Made by a program: the position numbers and the translations under genes. A model generated the notes under the pieces. It saw only the letters and a program-made list of their open reading frames with translations, made no database searches and had not been told where the DNA came from. 64,000 nt of DNA from Myxococcota bacterium (lineage in GTDB: Bacteria > Myxococcota > UBA4151), in the NCBI GenBank assembly GCA_036338695.1, contig JAYZBQ010000004.1:15713-79712 (forward strand), given 5' to 3'. This document shows, piece after piece, positions 48,601-56,873 of the stretch (positions within the stretch are counted from its first letter, which is position 1; every line of letters starts with the position of its first letter).

Positions 48601-51600
48601 CCGCCTGTGATCAACTGGGACGGCAAGAACGCGCAGGCGAACTTTATCTTGCGAGAGGGCGTCTACAGCGCCCGACTCATCGCTCGCGGCAAAGGCGGAC
48701 TCGTCGGGCTGTCTCGACCGGTCTACTTCAGAGCTTACCGCCCACAAGAAGACTTCCGGATGGTGCTGCCAGATCCCTTCGGCGACCTCAAAGGTAAGAG
48801 CCGCCTCCCGAGCTTTTCGCTCAAAGGGAACGCTCAGCGTGACTTTGACCGCTTCGTCAAGTTGGCGAACCGCGTGGGCGGCTCGATCGAGCTGACCGGC
48901 CACGTCGACGTGCGCCTGCGCGCCAGCCAAGCCGACACGATGAGCGGGAAGATGGCTGAGGCGGTACGCGAGGCGCTCGTGGCACGCGGGGTCGACGCGG
49001 GGCGTGTTCGCGTGCGCGGCGAGGGGAGCTCGAACCGACTGGTCGAGCGCGCCCGCAAGGCGTCTGATCACGCCAAGAACCGAAGGGTTGAGCTGGTCCT
49101 TCGCAGCGATGAGCTGCCCAGTTTGCCGCCGCTACGCAACCGCTCCGCGCGGGTGCACAGCCCGGCGGGTGACCTGCTCGCTCAGCGCGACGGGACCGTC
49201 TCGGGGGAGTTGTTTCCTGATGCGTCCGGTCAGCTGATGATTCAGGTGGAGGACGGCTCTGGGCGATCGGCTCAGGTGCCGCTCGATCTCGACGTTGAGG
49301 CGCGCATCCCTGATATGGAGATGGTCCTCGTGACCCCGGCTGTGTCGGCGGATGGGAACGTCTTACCCGAGACCGACGCCACGCGTCTGCGCGCCCAACT
49401 CCCGAAAGAAGGCGCTGTGCTCAGCGCGCAGCAGCTCGGGGTCTACGGTGTCAGCGCGCCCGGGTTGAAGGTGCGCGTCAACGGCAAGCTCGTCGAGGTC
49501 CACCCACTGTCTGGGCGCTTCGGCGCTGCGCTCCACCTCAAAGAAGGTGAGCAGAAAATCGTGGTCGAGGCCGAGGACGCCGACGGGCATCGTGCGCGCA
49601 TCAGCCGCACGGTCAACGTGAAGCCGAGCGGTCGCTTTGTGATGGCGATCGCCGATTTGGGCTACCAAACCGTTGCGGCTCGTCTGCCGGGTCTGCGCGA
49701 TGACCGCAGCGTCGACCTCGGTGCATACGGTCGACTCGGCGGGCGCGCCATGGCGTGGTATAAAGAGCGCTGGGACCTTGGGGACTCAAGCTTCTTCAAG
49801 CGGATTGACCTCAACGCTTATGTCGACACCGACCGCCGCTGGGGTGAGTTCCAAGAGATCACTCGGGACGATCTGAGCCTGCGCCTCTTGCCGCCTGAAT
49901 TCGGCGATGAGTCGAGGGAGGTTCAAGAGGTTCACGCCGCTGGGCCGTTGTTCCTCGATCTCAAGGCTGACGAGAGCCGCTTGAGGGTTGCGAACTTCAA
50001 GACCGCGCTGCCGAACCGCAAGTTGTTGAAGTACGACCGCGCATTTTACGGGCTCGACGTGACCTTCAATAAGGCGTTTGGTGACCCCAAAAAGCCCGAG
50101 CATGTGAGCGCACAGCTCTACGCTGCGGACACCGCAGCGGGTCTTCGCACCGCAACCAATCTCCTGCGTGGGACCGGTTCAAGCTTCTATCGACTGCGTC
50201 ATCGCGCCATCCTGCCAGGCTCGGAGCGGGTTCGCCTGGTGGTCCGAGACGCTGGCAACGGCCTCGTGCTCTATGAGCGCAGCTTTGCGCGCACCACCGA
50301 CTACCGTATCGACGCCACCGAAGGTTTGCTGATGCTCAATCAGCCGCTGCCCTCCACGGCAGGTACGCAGATGGCTTCAGCCTACGGCGTCAGTACGGCG
50401 GATCTGGGCGGGCATCCGGTGTTCTTGCACGTGACCTACACCCACCGTGACAGCCAGCGGCTCGCAAGCTTTGCCACGGGTGGGCGAGTCGACGGATCCT
50501 CGAAGCGGTTTGGGGTCAAGGGCGGCGTCTCGTATGCCTATGAGGGGCGCGCCGACGGCGCCGACGCCTTCCAAGCTGCTGGGGCGTTCGCCGGCTGGAA
50601 GCATAAAGACGGTCATATGGCGCGCGGCGAGTTCGGCTGGAGCCGAGCGATCGACGGCGACCATTACGCTAGTGCGGACGGGGGCAACAGCTTCAGCCGG
50701 CTCGGCGAGGACCCGGCGCAACAGCCGATCGACTTCAACGGGAGGCTCTATCCCACCAGCTTCAACCCGACCGGTGGACCGCGTACAGGGATCGCATGGT
50801 CGCTCTCGGGTAAAGTGGTGGCTGGGCAGTGGCTCAAGCGGAAGAAGAAAGAAGACGCCACGCTCGACGCCTATGTTCGCCAGACGACACCTGGATTCTA
50901 TGGTGGCGGCGCGAGCTTGGACCAGGGGCAGACGCGCTGGGGCTTGCTGAGCGCGTACAAGGTCGATCACCGCGACCGCGCCACGCTGAGGTACGATGGG
51001 AGCTATAGCTTAGTCTCCGCGCCGCTCAGCCTCGAGGCAGGGATTCTCCCGGAGCCGGCGCTGCGTGAGTACCGCCGCATTCACCGTGAGGCGCTGACCG
51101 CACGCTACGAGCGCCGCCACAAGCACTGGCAAGGCGGTCTCGAATATCAGCTGGGCTATACGGGCGACTCGATGAACTATGTGGACGCCGCGGAGGGCGC
51201 CCGTGCGGACGTGATCTCCAACGTCATCAGCGTCGATGGCTTGTATCGGCTGAATAAGCGTTGGAGCGTGGGCGGCGCACAGCGCGCCATCCTGAGCGGT
51301 GACGATCTGCGCTTCACCGACCCCTTCGCTCGCCTGCTCACCGCCGCAAGGGCGCGCTACGCCATCGACCAGAAGCTGGCCGTTGAACTCGAGGAAGAGC
51401 TGCGCTGGAATGGCGATAATCAGACGCGGTTGAGCCTCGTTCGGCGCCCGAACGCGACGCTTGAACAGTACGTTCAGGAGCGCCTGACGACGCAGAGCGG
51501 TGGCTTCTACAATACCACCGTGCTCGGCGCCATGGAGCGCAAGAAGAAGACTGGTGAAATGGCGCGCGCCGAGGTGCATATGGATCATGCGCTCGGCCAA

Positions 51601-52638
51601 GACCGTATGAGCGGCGTGATCGGATTAGGGCGTCGCTACAAGCTGTTACCGGGGCTGACGCTGTCGATGAACTATGAGCGCGTCCAGGTGCTATCGGGTG
51701 GACCGGCGCTCGCGCGCCCGACTCCGGTGACCGGTCAAGCGTCGTCGCGTGGGAGCACCGGCCGGGTGGTCGGTTCGTCTGACCTGATCGGGCAGCCGAG
51801 CGCACCTCAAGCGGGGAGCCCCTTGCTGCAGAGCGGCATGAACGGTTGGGGGCTTGCGCCTGTCAGCGGTTCACGAGACGCCTTGGCGATGAGCGCGCAG
51901 TACAAGCAGCGACGCAAGCTGCTGCTCACCGCCCGCTCCGAGCTCCGGCTCGAGCTGGCGAGTGAAGCGCAACTCGATGACGCAACCCAGCAAGATCGGG
52001 TCATTCAGTTCCACGAGCTTAATGGGCGCTTCCGGCTCAACCCCGATCTGGCGGTCTTGGGACGCTTTGCGCTCGCTGAGGTCCACAATCTGACCACGGC
52101 GCGCCGCGAGCACCTCGCCAACGAGGTGAGCGTTGGCTTGGCGCTGCGCCCGATGCACACCGATCTGTACCGTGGCTTGCTGCGCTACAGCCGGCGTCAG
52201 GACATGCGCGGTGACAGCCGATGGTTGACCAAGGACCTGCTCGCGTTTGAGCCGATCTTTAGGACCCCATGGTATCTGCAGATCGCACCGAAACTTGCGC
52301 TCAAGGCGGACTCGGAGAGCGATCCGTTGCTTCGAAACAGCACCGCGCTTACCGCCTTGTTCGTGCCCCGGTTTGACTTCGAGTTGACCCGGTTGCTTCG
52401 GCGACAGCAGGCGGTGCCGATCCCTGGCGACATCGAGCTCTGGGCGGAGTACCGCTTGATGGCTGACCTCACGGTCGGGGCAGCGAGCAACGGGCTGGCG
52501 CTCGGTCTGAGCTACCTGCCGATCAAGCACATGCGGATCGGTATGGGGTATAGCTTCACGGCGGTACCGGATCAGCTGACGACCAGCGAGACGGTCGACG
52601 GCTCGGGCTTCTTTCTTCGGATCAGCGGTCTTTACTAA
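39694..52638 (+). CDS. Giant (4314 aa) surface protein: head domain, DUF11-type repeats, SdrD-B/Cna-like domains, two OmpA-like domains, probable C-terminal beta-barrel
   Basis: Signal peptide (AQA); 12 tandem K...PGD.V.Y.I...N.G repeats; GRVYCDTNGDG....E.GVPGVRI; NRRIEV and KNRRVEL; amphipathic beta-strand-rich C-terminus ending [10 protein letters not shown]. Confidence 0.85.
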   Translation: MRLAVALLALLTVPSVAQATVLGQYPTFERSFEVFGDREVTGNTLMVYNQNVNKALIQGGSVGTVVDVPQGATVEAAYLFWTGTYDQTPDRNVDFTLPNGAVLNDLSVNQALPGEDPAVVQGQDCITRRRNFRFGRFVNFDVDFFYCRRDITHSMRGLGANINGDYRVSDVQAFPGWPQDGQSYGTNDNRCADSNQLEQRLRFGCQTMYAGWSMVVIWSHPDERVRRNITVNDGFLLMDDDQTSAGITEVTMENFQVPEGASGEFSFFGLEGDPDYGSIQALLPPGPTRCVNCPDFVAMRTSGNPNETQLFSEPGNSVGNLWNGSIMTVGGGVSPGVDIDVYDVGTGGLGILREGDRSATFRMGTGDGVAGQQSDGNGGFIGNGEMVLLGWTALSLDVVSPNLNNASTRKAVSRTDAGPGDLIQYQLTITNDGSAPASDVTIVDVIPTGTTYDPGSTVTTCDADPSDVNGTSPLVGGFNIGALPHQPVSRASCVITFRVRVNDDAEPGSIIRNTAQVTSTEQAEFSTNQVQTQIVGPSLGTPLLRVTDLNGGVFEIGDTVLYELEVRNIGASGAAGLTLTSTWPAQLSNPSIFGGGFPSSYDPQTRTITISDVAVSANDEESVFIQGQIQGAEPALVSHQFSMNADYLDQPVLSDDPSVPGPFDPTVFGVVDGPNLTSSSKFGEDVNGAPLVPGDQVRYTITLRNSGNREANFSVEDVLQAPLTGCSVQSFDQVLMNAECNGQTLTVSGRLPAGENRSIVLLSTVANVQDGTLVTNEATLTVQGEGETALTSPNLVVAQGGILVTSSIDFTDEQAPLTPGDVIVLEFTARNTGGAPVRDLVVSTVLDPRLSVEEVNDGGAVQGANVLWENLGDLAAGATRTVTVRVRIQAGLASGTTIAVGGRFDGQTLEPFDAEPISLVIDAVPTLTLSKAVAPADDGQYNPGDLVRYTLVVTNTSQVLAQDLELRDPFPDGLVQVAANNGGTIADGVALWSAQTTPALASLAAGGSIELELTGRIANPMEDRRELINQARLSASDALAVDSDDPDTPLAGDPTSITVRSETTLVVEKTDESVGDADYVPGSQVRYRIRIGAGGTQRARGLVVTDQLPDGVSFVSSEPAAEVTGRTLRWSSTQAPGLGNLTPGNEETLTVTVQIDARAQAGTRIANQVQVAGETHNGDILSNDPDTLEVDDPTAFLVGGNPDISVVKTVEESVADNVWRIGETVRYRVVVRNQGTVDALDLAILDIIDPNLEQVQLDGDWGTFADGRITGSIERLDAGRDVTLSFTAVLGAAPDGTLVVNQASIQPAGSNQPILSDDPALPGEADTTNLTLTAEEGVTLLKTVEDLNGGAVLPGDRVRYTITMTNTGQNGTGVLEVRDTLDERLELIGVEPGVPSVTQDATIVWSQGGLGAGESVELSFIAQVAQGLVEGTAIPNQAQTSFGGEDVLSDDGVVGENDPSPTLITIGVIPTPDLTITKAVEPVTAARGDVVEWTITVVNDGEGALEGGILTDVLDEALELIDVTGAASQGNQIEASLNIEPGARAEVVVRTRVAQSAQEAVSNQAELAFGDVVVRSDDPATDEADDATVLTIEAAPLDPVLEKVAVDLNGEPLEPGDEVEYQLTLINRGTEALPSLQVTDVLDSGLVYLDDSLLVDGAPVPGPFPLEAGVTVPEGLAPGARVQMVFRARIVEEAEQGQVITNQATLANDDGATWRSDDPNLPGSPQPTVLQVGSAGAVAAFKRVLPAEIQRGDEATWTIELLSTANGTRTVRLSDALPQGLAYVANSVTLDGAPLSDAVDDDEVSVDAGAGRLELVIDLGPRRSRAVLTFRSRAAVSNRTVINQAVLDINGEAGLSDGDPQTPGQQGTPLVIIPDGAGLEGEKSATDVNGGTVQPGDEIVYEIRLRNEGDQDLIIPAGALEDPLNRMTYKADSAEPAVLALGGNTLRNTEPLTVSAGGNLTLRLTAILDADLEEGDAVPNTVFVREPVEFSAESRLVVGAEPPGATLSGVVYLNGSSERKLQNWLVRVANSRDKEQTLETQTDEQGRFSFSGLTWETVELMALNSQGTRFFAKQVGGLNDGAQVTQDCAIDPSGIIYDQVSGAPIAGATVQILYDVSGDPVLDADLPEGQQGQVTGADGFYRFDVKPPHIYRLSVVPPGAFHSFPSDELRPIGATLSRRFGRPSRMSQDPDRSDFFEPVDGDGNPMEGRAVVREPVPDAAARMPYFLRFDIQSGEDAVFNNHVPLDPLRKSIRVTRRASKSQASAGDVVTFTVEVENRSSQTLDSRLDGGVDLLDMLPPGLLVLREDGNRAVEAFERVDAEGRRAVVTDLRSDGDGFLRSLRGIVLQPGSRLLWHYRVQVSSSMAAGELLSSNNLVTRIGRMPVSELAEHRLILIEDPVLREATLIGRVYCDTNGDGHPGPNEFGVPGVRIYADHGVRVDTDGYGRFHFSRLNPGLRRFKIDVRTLPPGLKLTGTPGRNRLVTAGVPLTLDYTLNCPKDLTPAEEIAANPHAEGLEAPPPPDPPPAIRVRADLVEQKVSADGVPLNGPVVEATATVVDGDPSFDLPQGPNLDPMDTTLELHARVAGPLPLTNWEWRVVNADGRAVFSKKGQGAAPELLRWIIPDNVPRDARYEAMLLVTDAGGDSAASRVIPVGLGLGLAGADKRRKLARINEINGGLFVDQGSTPAPRLRGWFNDRIARLRGEDELMAQVFVYGAPKKGAKDSAMAYTQRRARTLEGMLLAAGLPRDRFRVQAMGNVRKLAPENDPRLSRLNRRIEVRYRPVAKQHPPLEPEAQPVAHLLVNGSPAELSKEGTAEVKAKVPVGHFLRVDIVFASGARTVLRRLRHPDGLSPRAVVLRGQGVPVKGSLRRERQLTVGGQAINLDALSVRLRPMHVAVPLNPAGTDLAEDGKGAKAACVGMCFGTSSDMAMEGWELRVFSVEDGDIKPGQNAGAPREPVLIHTVKGVGPVPPVINWDGKNAQANFILREGVYSARLIARGKGGLVGLSRPVYFRAYRPQEDFRMVLPDPFGDLKGKSRLPSFSLKGNAQRDFDRFVKLANRVGGSIELTGHVDVRLRASQADTMSGKMAEAVREALVARGVDAGRVRVRGEGSSNRLVERARKASDHAKNRRVELVLRSDELPSLPPLRNRSARVHSPAGDLLAQRDGTVSGELFPDASGQLMIQVEDGSGRSAQVPLDLDVEARIPDMEMVLVTPAVSADGNVLPETDATRLRAQLPKEGAVLSAQQLGVYGVSAPGLKVRVNGKLVEVHPLSGRFGAALHLKEGEQKIVVEAEDADGHRARISRTVNVKPSGRFVMAIADLGYQTVAARLPGLRDDRSVDLGAYGRLGGRAMAWYKERWDLGDSSFFKRIDLNAYVDTDRRWGEFQEITRDDLSLRLLPPEFGDESREVQEVHAAGPLFLDLKADESRLRVANFKTALPNRKLLKYDRAFYGLDVTFNKAFGDPKKPEHVSAQLYAADTAAGLRTATNLLRGTGSSFYRLRHRAILPGSERVRLVVRDAGNGLVLYERSFARTTDYRIDATEGLLMLNQPLPSTAGTQMASAYGVSTADLGGHPVFLHVTYTHRDSQRLASFATGGRVDGSSKRFGVKGGVSYAYEGRADGADAFQAAGAFAGWKHKDGHMARGEFGWSRAIDGDHYASADGGNSFSRLGEDPAQQPIDFNGRLYPTSFNPTGGPRTGIAWSLSGKVVAGQWLKRKKKEDATLDAYVRQTTPGFYGGGASLDQGQTRWGLLSAYKVDHRDRATLRYDGSYSLVSAPLSLEAGILPEPALREYRRIHREALTARYERRHKHWQGGLEYQLGYTGDSMNYVDAAEGARADVISNVISVDGLYRLNKRWSVGGAQRAILSGDDLRFTDPFARLLTAARARYAIDQKLAVELEEELRWNGDNQTRLSLVRRPNATLEQYVQERLTTQSGGFYNTTVLGAMERKKKTGEMARAEVHMDHALGQDRMSGVIGLGRRYKLLPGLTLSMNYERVQVLSGGPALARPTPVTGQASSRGSTGRVVGSSDLIGQPSAPQAGSPLLQSGMNGWGLAPVSGSRDALAMSAQYKQRRKLLLTARSELRLELASEAQLDDATQQDRVIQFHELNGRFRLNPDLAVLGRFALAEVHNLTTARREHLANEVSVGLALRPMHTDLYRGLLRYSRRQDMRGDSRWLTKDLLAFEPIFRTPWYLQIAPKLALKADSESDPLLRNSTALTALFVPRFDFELTRLLRRQQAVPIPGDIELWAEYRLMADLTVGAASNGLALGLSYLPIKHMRIGMGYSFTAVPDQLTTSETVDGSGFFLRISGLY
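40900..45690 (+). repeat. Coding array of 12 tandem DUF11-type Ig-like domains
   Basis: Repeats delimited by eye in the translation; 8 of them end in an SDDP-type acidic loop. Confidence 0.85.
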
Positions 52639-53914
52639 GGCTGCCTGCGACGATGCGCAGCAGCTCGCCCATCTGCGAGAGCTCGGCTTCGCTGAGGAGC
52701 ACCAGCGGACGCTCTGGCTCGACGAAGCGGTCGCGCGGGTCGACAAGGTAGCCGAGACCTGACCCGCTCATCGAGACCACCCACTGATCGCCGGAGGTGC
52801 TCGGGACGAGGCCGTTGCTCACCTCTCCCGAGACGAACGTGAGCCCGATGCGCCCGAGCCGGAGCAGGTGCGTTTGGACTTCGTTTCGACCGAGCCATTG
52901 GTGAAGCCAGGGCGCCACGACGAGCCCTGCGGCGACCGGGAGGCGTGGCTCGAGCGCGGGCAGTTCGATCTGCTCGAAGGCGAGACCCGTCAGCGCCGTG
53001 CTCTGATTCTCGGCGATGGTTGCGAGGCCGCCGAGCGTGTGCGCCAACATCTCCGCGAGGCGGTCGGGGTGACGCTGCGTCGCGACCGTCGCATGAGCGG
53101 TTCGACCCGGTAGGAAGATGACCTGATGGTAGCCAGCTTGTTCTTCGAGGATGCTGGCGACGCGCGCAGGGTAATCACCGTCTGCATGCTGCGCGCGCCG
53201 CGACACGAGGGTGGGGTGCGCTGCGTAGGACCACAACAGCAGGCGGCGACCTGATGCGTTGAGGGTGATCGCCCGGAGGCGGTCATCGACGGGTGACGAG
53301 GCGCCTGGGCTCCGATTCGCGATGTAGGTGGAGAGCTGTGAGTCGGATGACCCCATACGCACCTTGGTGTAGTTTTGCTTCGCCTGGTCGGCTGCGTAGG
53401 CGACGGCTGCGGCGAGCTTTTGGTCCTCAAGCTCGGGCTCGCCAAAGGCGATGCGCAGCGCCGGACCAAATGGTGGCCTTGGGCCGGCGTGGGTGTGCGT
53501 CGCCACGATGAGGATACGTTCGGGCGGTATCGCAAGGGCTTCTCCGGCGTAGGCGCGGATCAGCGCGCTGGTGCGACGGGGCGTCGAGAGCAGCTCGGCC
53601 GTCACGAGAACGGCTTCGGGTTGCCCCCGCTGACCGAGGATCAAGACCGACAGACGGGGCGGCAAGCCTGCCCGCCCCGTGCGCACGGTCGATGTGCTGC
53701 CTTCTTGGTGTAGTTTGGCGATCGGGAGATCGACTCGACCCCAACCAGCCTCGAGCGGCGCAGGGTCGGCACTCCATGCTTTGGCCACCTTGGCGAAGGC
53801 CGCCTTTTTCGTCGCCTCGGGAAGCTCAAGAGCCGATGGGGTCGGGCGCAACCGAACACTCGCCAAGATCACGGCGAGGACGGCGAGCGACAAGCAGATC
53901 AAGTGCCTCCTCAT
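52622..53914 (-). CDS. Neutral/alkaline ceramidase-like protein
   Basis: [28 protein letters not shown] and GEV motifs; N-terminal signal/anchor. Confidence 0.7.
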   Translation of the reverse strand: MRRHLICLSLAVLAVILASVRLRPTPSALELPEATKKAAFAKVAKAWSADPAPLEAGWGRVDLPIAKLHQEGSTSTVRTGRAGLPPRLSVLILGQRGQPEAVLVTAELLSTPRRTSALIRAYAGEALAIPPERILIVATHTHAGPRPPFGPALRIAFGEPELEDQKLAAAVAYAADQAKQNYTKVRMGSSDSQLSTYIANRSPGASSPVDDRLRAITLNASGRRLLLWSYAAHPTLVSRRAQHADGDYPARVASILEEQAGYHQVIFLPGRTAHATVATQRHPDRLAEMLAHTLGGLATIAENQSTALTGLAFEQIELPALEPRLPVAAGLVVAPWLHQWLGRNEVQTHLLRLGRIGLTFVSGEVSNGLVPSTSGDQWVVSMSGSGLGYLVDPRDRFVEPERPLVLLSEAELSQMGELLRIVAGSLSKDR

Positions 53915-54013
53915 TCCGCTCACCTCACCATTGCGCACGTACGGAATTTCAACTTATCTCCCTCGCCGGCGCCGAGTTCGCGCAAACTTTGTCGGCGGCG
54001 TCAAGGAGGCATC

Positions 54014-55114
54014 ATGGGTATCTTTTCAGAGATGACGGAAACAGATCACGAGCAGCTGGTCTTTTGTTATGATCCGGTGAGCGGCTTGAAAGCCATTATC
54101 GGGATTCACGACACGACGCTCGGTCCGGCGCTCGGTGGTACACGGATGTGGTCTTATGCTCGTGAAGAAGACGCCGTCACGGATGTCCTGCGCCTGAGCC
54201 GAGGCATGACCTATAAGGCAGCGATCACGGGGCTCAACCTAGGCGGCGGAAAAGCGGTGATCATCGGTGACGCGCGCACGGACAAGTCCGAGGCGTTGTT
54301 TCGCGCTTACGGGCGCTACGTTGACTCACTCAATGGGCGCTACATCACGGCTGAGGACGTCGGGACGACGGTCGCAGACATGGAGCATGTGCGCATGGAG
54401 ACCGATCACGTCACCGGGATCTCGGTGGCGCTTGGCGGTTCGGGCGACCCGAGCCCGGTGACCGCGATGGGAACCTATGAAGGGATGAAGGCGGGTGCGC
54501 GGCGGCTCTGGGGTTCTGAGTCGTTGAACGGACGCCATGTCACCGTTCAAGGGGTGGGGCATGTCGGCTACTATCTGGTCCGGCACCTCGCTCAAGAGGG
54601 CGCCAAGATCACCGTCACCGACATCGACGCTGAGAAGATCGAGACGGTGGTGAAAGAGTTTGGTGTCGAGGTCTGCGGGCTCGACGATATCTACGATATT
54701 GACTGTGATATCTACGCGCCTTGCGCGCTCGGTGGTACGATCAACGACGACACCATCAAGCGCATCCGTTGTCAGCTGATCGCAGGCTCAGCCAACAACG
54801 TCCTCGGCGATGAAGAGAAGCACGGGCGGCAGCTGCGTGAGCTCGGGATCTTGTACTGCCCCGATTATGTGATCAACGCAGGGGGCTTGATCAACGTCGC
54901 CAACGAGCTCGAGGGGTACAACCAACAGCGAGCGCTGCGGCAGGCGGCCCAGATTCACGACACCATCGATCGGATCTTCGCCTACTCGGACGAAAAGAAC
55001 ATCCCGACCTTCCTCGCTGCGAACGAGCTCGCTGAGCGTCGTATCCGGCGTTTGGGCAAGGTGAAGGGGACGTACCTCGGGCCGCGTAAGCGTAAATACC
55101 GCGGGATCTGCTGA
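54014..55114 (+). CDS. Leucine dehydrogenase (Glu/Leu/Phe/Val dehydrogenase family)
   Basis: [69 protein letters not shown]. Confidence 0.93.
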   Translation: MGIFSEMTETDHEQLVFCYDPVSGLKAIIGIHDTTLGPALGGTRMWSYAREEDAVTDVLRLSRGMTYKAAITGLNLGGGKAVIIGDARTDKSEALFRAYGRYVDSLNGRYITAEDVGTTVADMEHVRMETDHVTGISVALGGSGDPSPVTAMGTYEGMKAGARRLWGSESLNGRHVTVQGVGHVGYYLVRHLAQEGAKITVTDIDAEKIETVVKEFGVEVCGLDDIYDIDCDIYAPCALGGTINDDTIKRIRCQLIAGSANNVLGDEEKHGRQLRELGILYCPDYVINAGGLINVANELEGYNQQRALRQAAQIHDTIDRIFAYSDEKNIPTFLAANELAERRIRRLGKVKGTYLGPRKRKYRGIC

Positions 55115-55137
55115 GTCACTTAGCGCGCATTTTAGGC

Positions 55138-55174
55138 AAAAAAGAGAACCGGCGCACCCTGCGGTGCGCCGGCT
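55138..55174 (-). terminator. Rho-independent terminator of the fasciclin gene (possibly bidirectional)
   Basis: 10-bp perfect stem CCGGCGCACC/GGTGCGCCGG (55149-55172) with a U-tract on the minus strand. Confidence 0.85.
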
Positions 55175-55216
55175 CCTGAGTTCAACATCACAACCGTGAC
55201 TCGGTTGCGCCAAGCC

Positions 55217-56632
55217 CTACGGGTTCGGCACGAGCACGGCATCGATGACGTGAACCACGCCGTTGGTTGCGCCGACATCGGTCAGCACGATCCCTGCGGA
55301 GTTACCGCCGACCAGGCTCACGGTGGGCGGGTTGGCGCCTGCGTCGAAGGTGAGTCCGCCGATCAAGGCGCTGACCTCAGCGTTGGTGTCGGCGGGCAGC
55401 CCCGAGGCTAACACCGGCGTGGCACCTGCGAGCACATGACCACCCAAGACGCCCAAGATCGCTGCGTTGTCGCTGGGCAGACCGCCTGGGAAGGCGGTCC
55501 CGAAGGCGTCGTCCGTGGGCGCAAAGACGGTCAAGGCGCTAAGCGTCGAGATCGCGTCGAGCACGGGGACGTCGTTTTCGTTGCCGACCAGGCCGGCAGG
55601 GATCGGCGCCGAGGCGCCGACAGCGGCGACCAGCTGGGTGAACCCGCCGACGGTCGCAACCTGAGCAATGTTCAGCGGCAACAGCACACCATCAATGACG
55701 TGTACCACGCCGTTGGTACCGCGCACGTCTGCGATGACAACGTTGGCGGTGTTGTTCAGGCGCACACCGGCCGATGTGTCGATGAAGAGGTCCAGGTTGA
55801 CCGAGACCGCAGCGTCGCCTTCGCCGAAGCTCTGCGTCGCGAGCGTGTCCACGTTCCCGCTGGTGACCTCACCGGAGGTCACGGCGCCCGAGAGGACGTG
55901 ATAGGTCAGGATCTGGGTGACGTCGAGCCCGTCGGTCTCGTCGGGGAAGGCCTCGTTCGTCGGCGCAAAGACCGTGAAGGGGCCATCGCCCGAGAGCGTG
56001 TCGGTCAGGCCGGCTGCGGCGACCGCTGCGCCGAGTTCAGTCAGACCTGCGTAACGGGCGAGATCTGCGACCGTGGGCGGAAGGAGGACGCGATCGATCA
56101 CGTGGACGACCCCGTTGTCAGCGGTGACGTCGGCTGTGGACACGTTGGCACCGCCAGCGACGGCGTTGCCGCCGTTGAGCGTCACACCCCCTTCGGTGCC
56201 GACGACCAGCGAGAGCTCGGCGACCGTGTTGACCACCCCTGCCGAGAGGGACGAGGACAGCACCGACCCAGCGACGGCGTGGTAGGTGATGATCTGAGCC
56301 GCCTGCTCAGCGCTCAGCGCATCGAGCGCTGCCTGGTCTAAACCGGACGCGGTGAAGGCTTCGTTCGTTGGCGCAAAGACCGTGAGCGGGCCGTCGCCTG
56401 CTAAAACCGAGACGAGGTCGGCTTTCTGGACGACCGCAAGCAGCGTCGAGAAGTTCTCGTCCGAACTCGCAATGTCCGCGATCGTGTTGGATGCGGGACC
56501 GGCATCGGCAACCGCTGCGGGGCCCGCGTCCGCCGGCTCATCGGTCTCCTCAGCGGGGCAAGCGGTCGTTCCAAAGGCAACCAAGACCACCGCAGCGAGT
56601 CGATTTGATCGTTTTAGGGTCGAAAAATTCAC
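55217..56632 (-). CDS. Fasciclin (FAS1) x3 lipoprotein
   Basis: Three TVFAPT(N/D).AF ... NGVVHVID.VL.P units; lipobox TTAC; SD AGGAGG before GTG 56632. Confidence 0.93.
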   Translation of the reverse strand: MNFSTLKRSNRLAAVVLVAFGTTACPAEETDEPADAGPAAVADAGPASNTIADIASSDENFSTLLAVVQKADLVSVLAGDGPLTVFAPTNEAFTASGLDQAALDALSAEQAAQIITYHAVAGSVLSSSLSAGVVNTVAELSLVVGTEGGVTLNGGNAVAGGANVSTADVTADNGVVHVIDRVLLPPTVADLARYAGLTELGAAVAAAGLTDTLSGDGPFTVFAPTNEAFPDETDGLDVTQILTYHVLSGAVTSGEVTSGNVDTLATQSFGEGDAAVSVNLDLFIDTSAGVRLNNTANVVIADVRGTNGVVHVIDGVLLPLNIAQVATVGGFTQLVAAVGASAPIPAGLVGNENDVPVLDAISTLSALTVFAPTDDAFGTAFPGGLPSDNAAILGVLGGHVLAGATPVLASGLPADTNAEVSALIGGLTFDAGANPPTVSLVGGNSAGIVLTDVGATNGVVHVIDAVLVPNP

Positions 56633-56873
56633 CGTTATTCCTCCTGAAGTGGTGATTGGTGAACGGAATAGTCGATTCGCGGATGATTTCAACTAAAAAT
56701 AATCGATATAAACGAATTTATTTCTATTGGTGTGCTCGGTTTGGTCGTTTTCTCGTTGGCGAGGCCGTTGCCCCATGGCCTCGGGGGCGGTCGATAGCCG
56801 CTGGGAGCTTGACGAATCGTCGATAGAGACACGAGACTCCAGCGTCCTCGACGGCGTATGGATAGGGGCTCGA

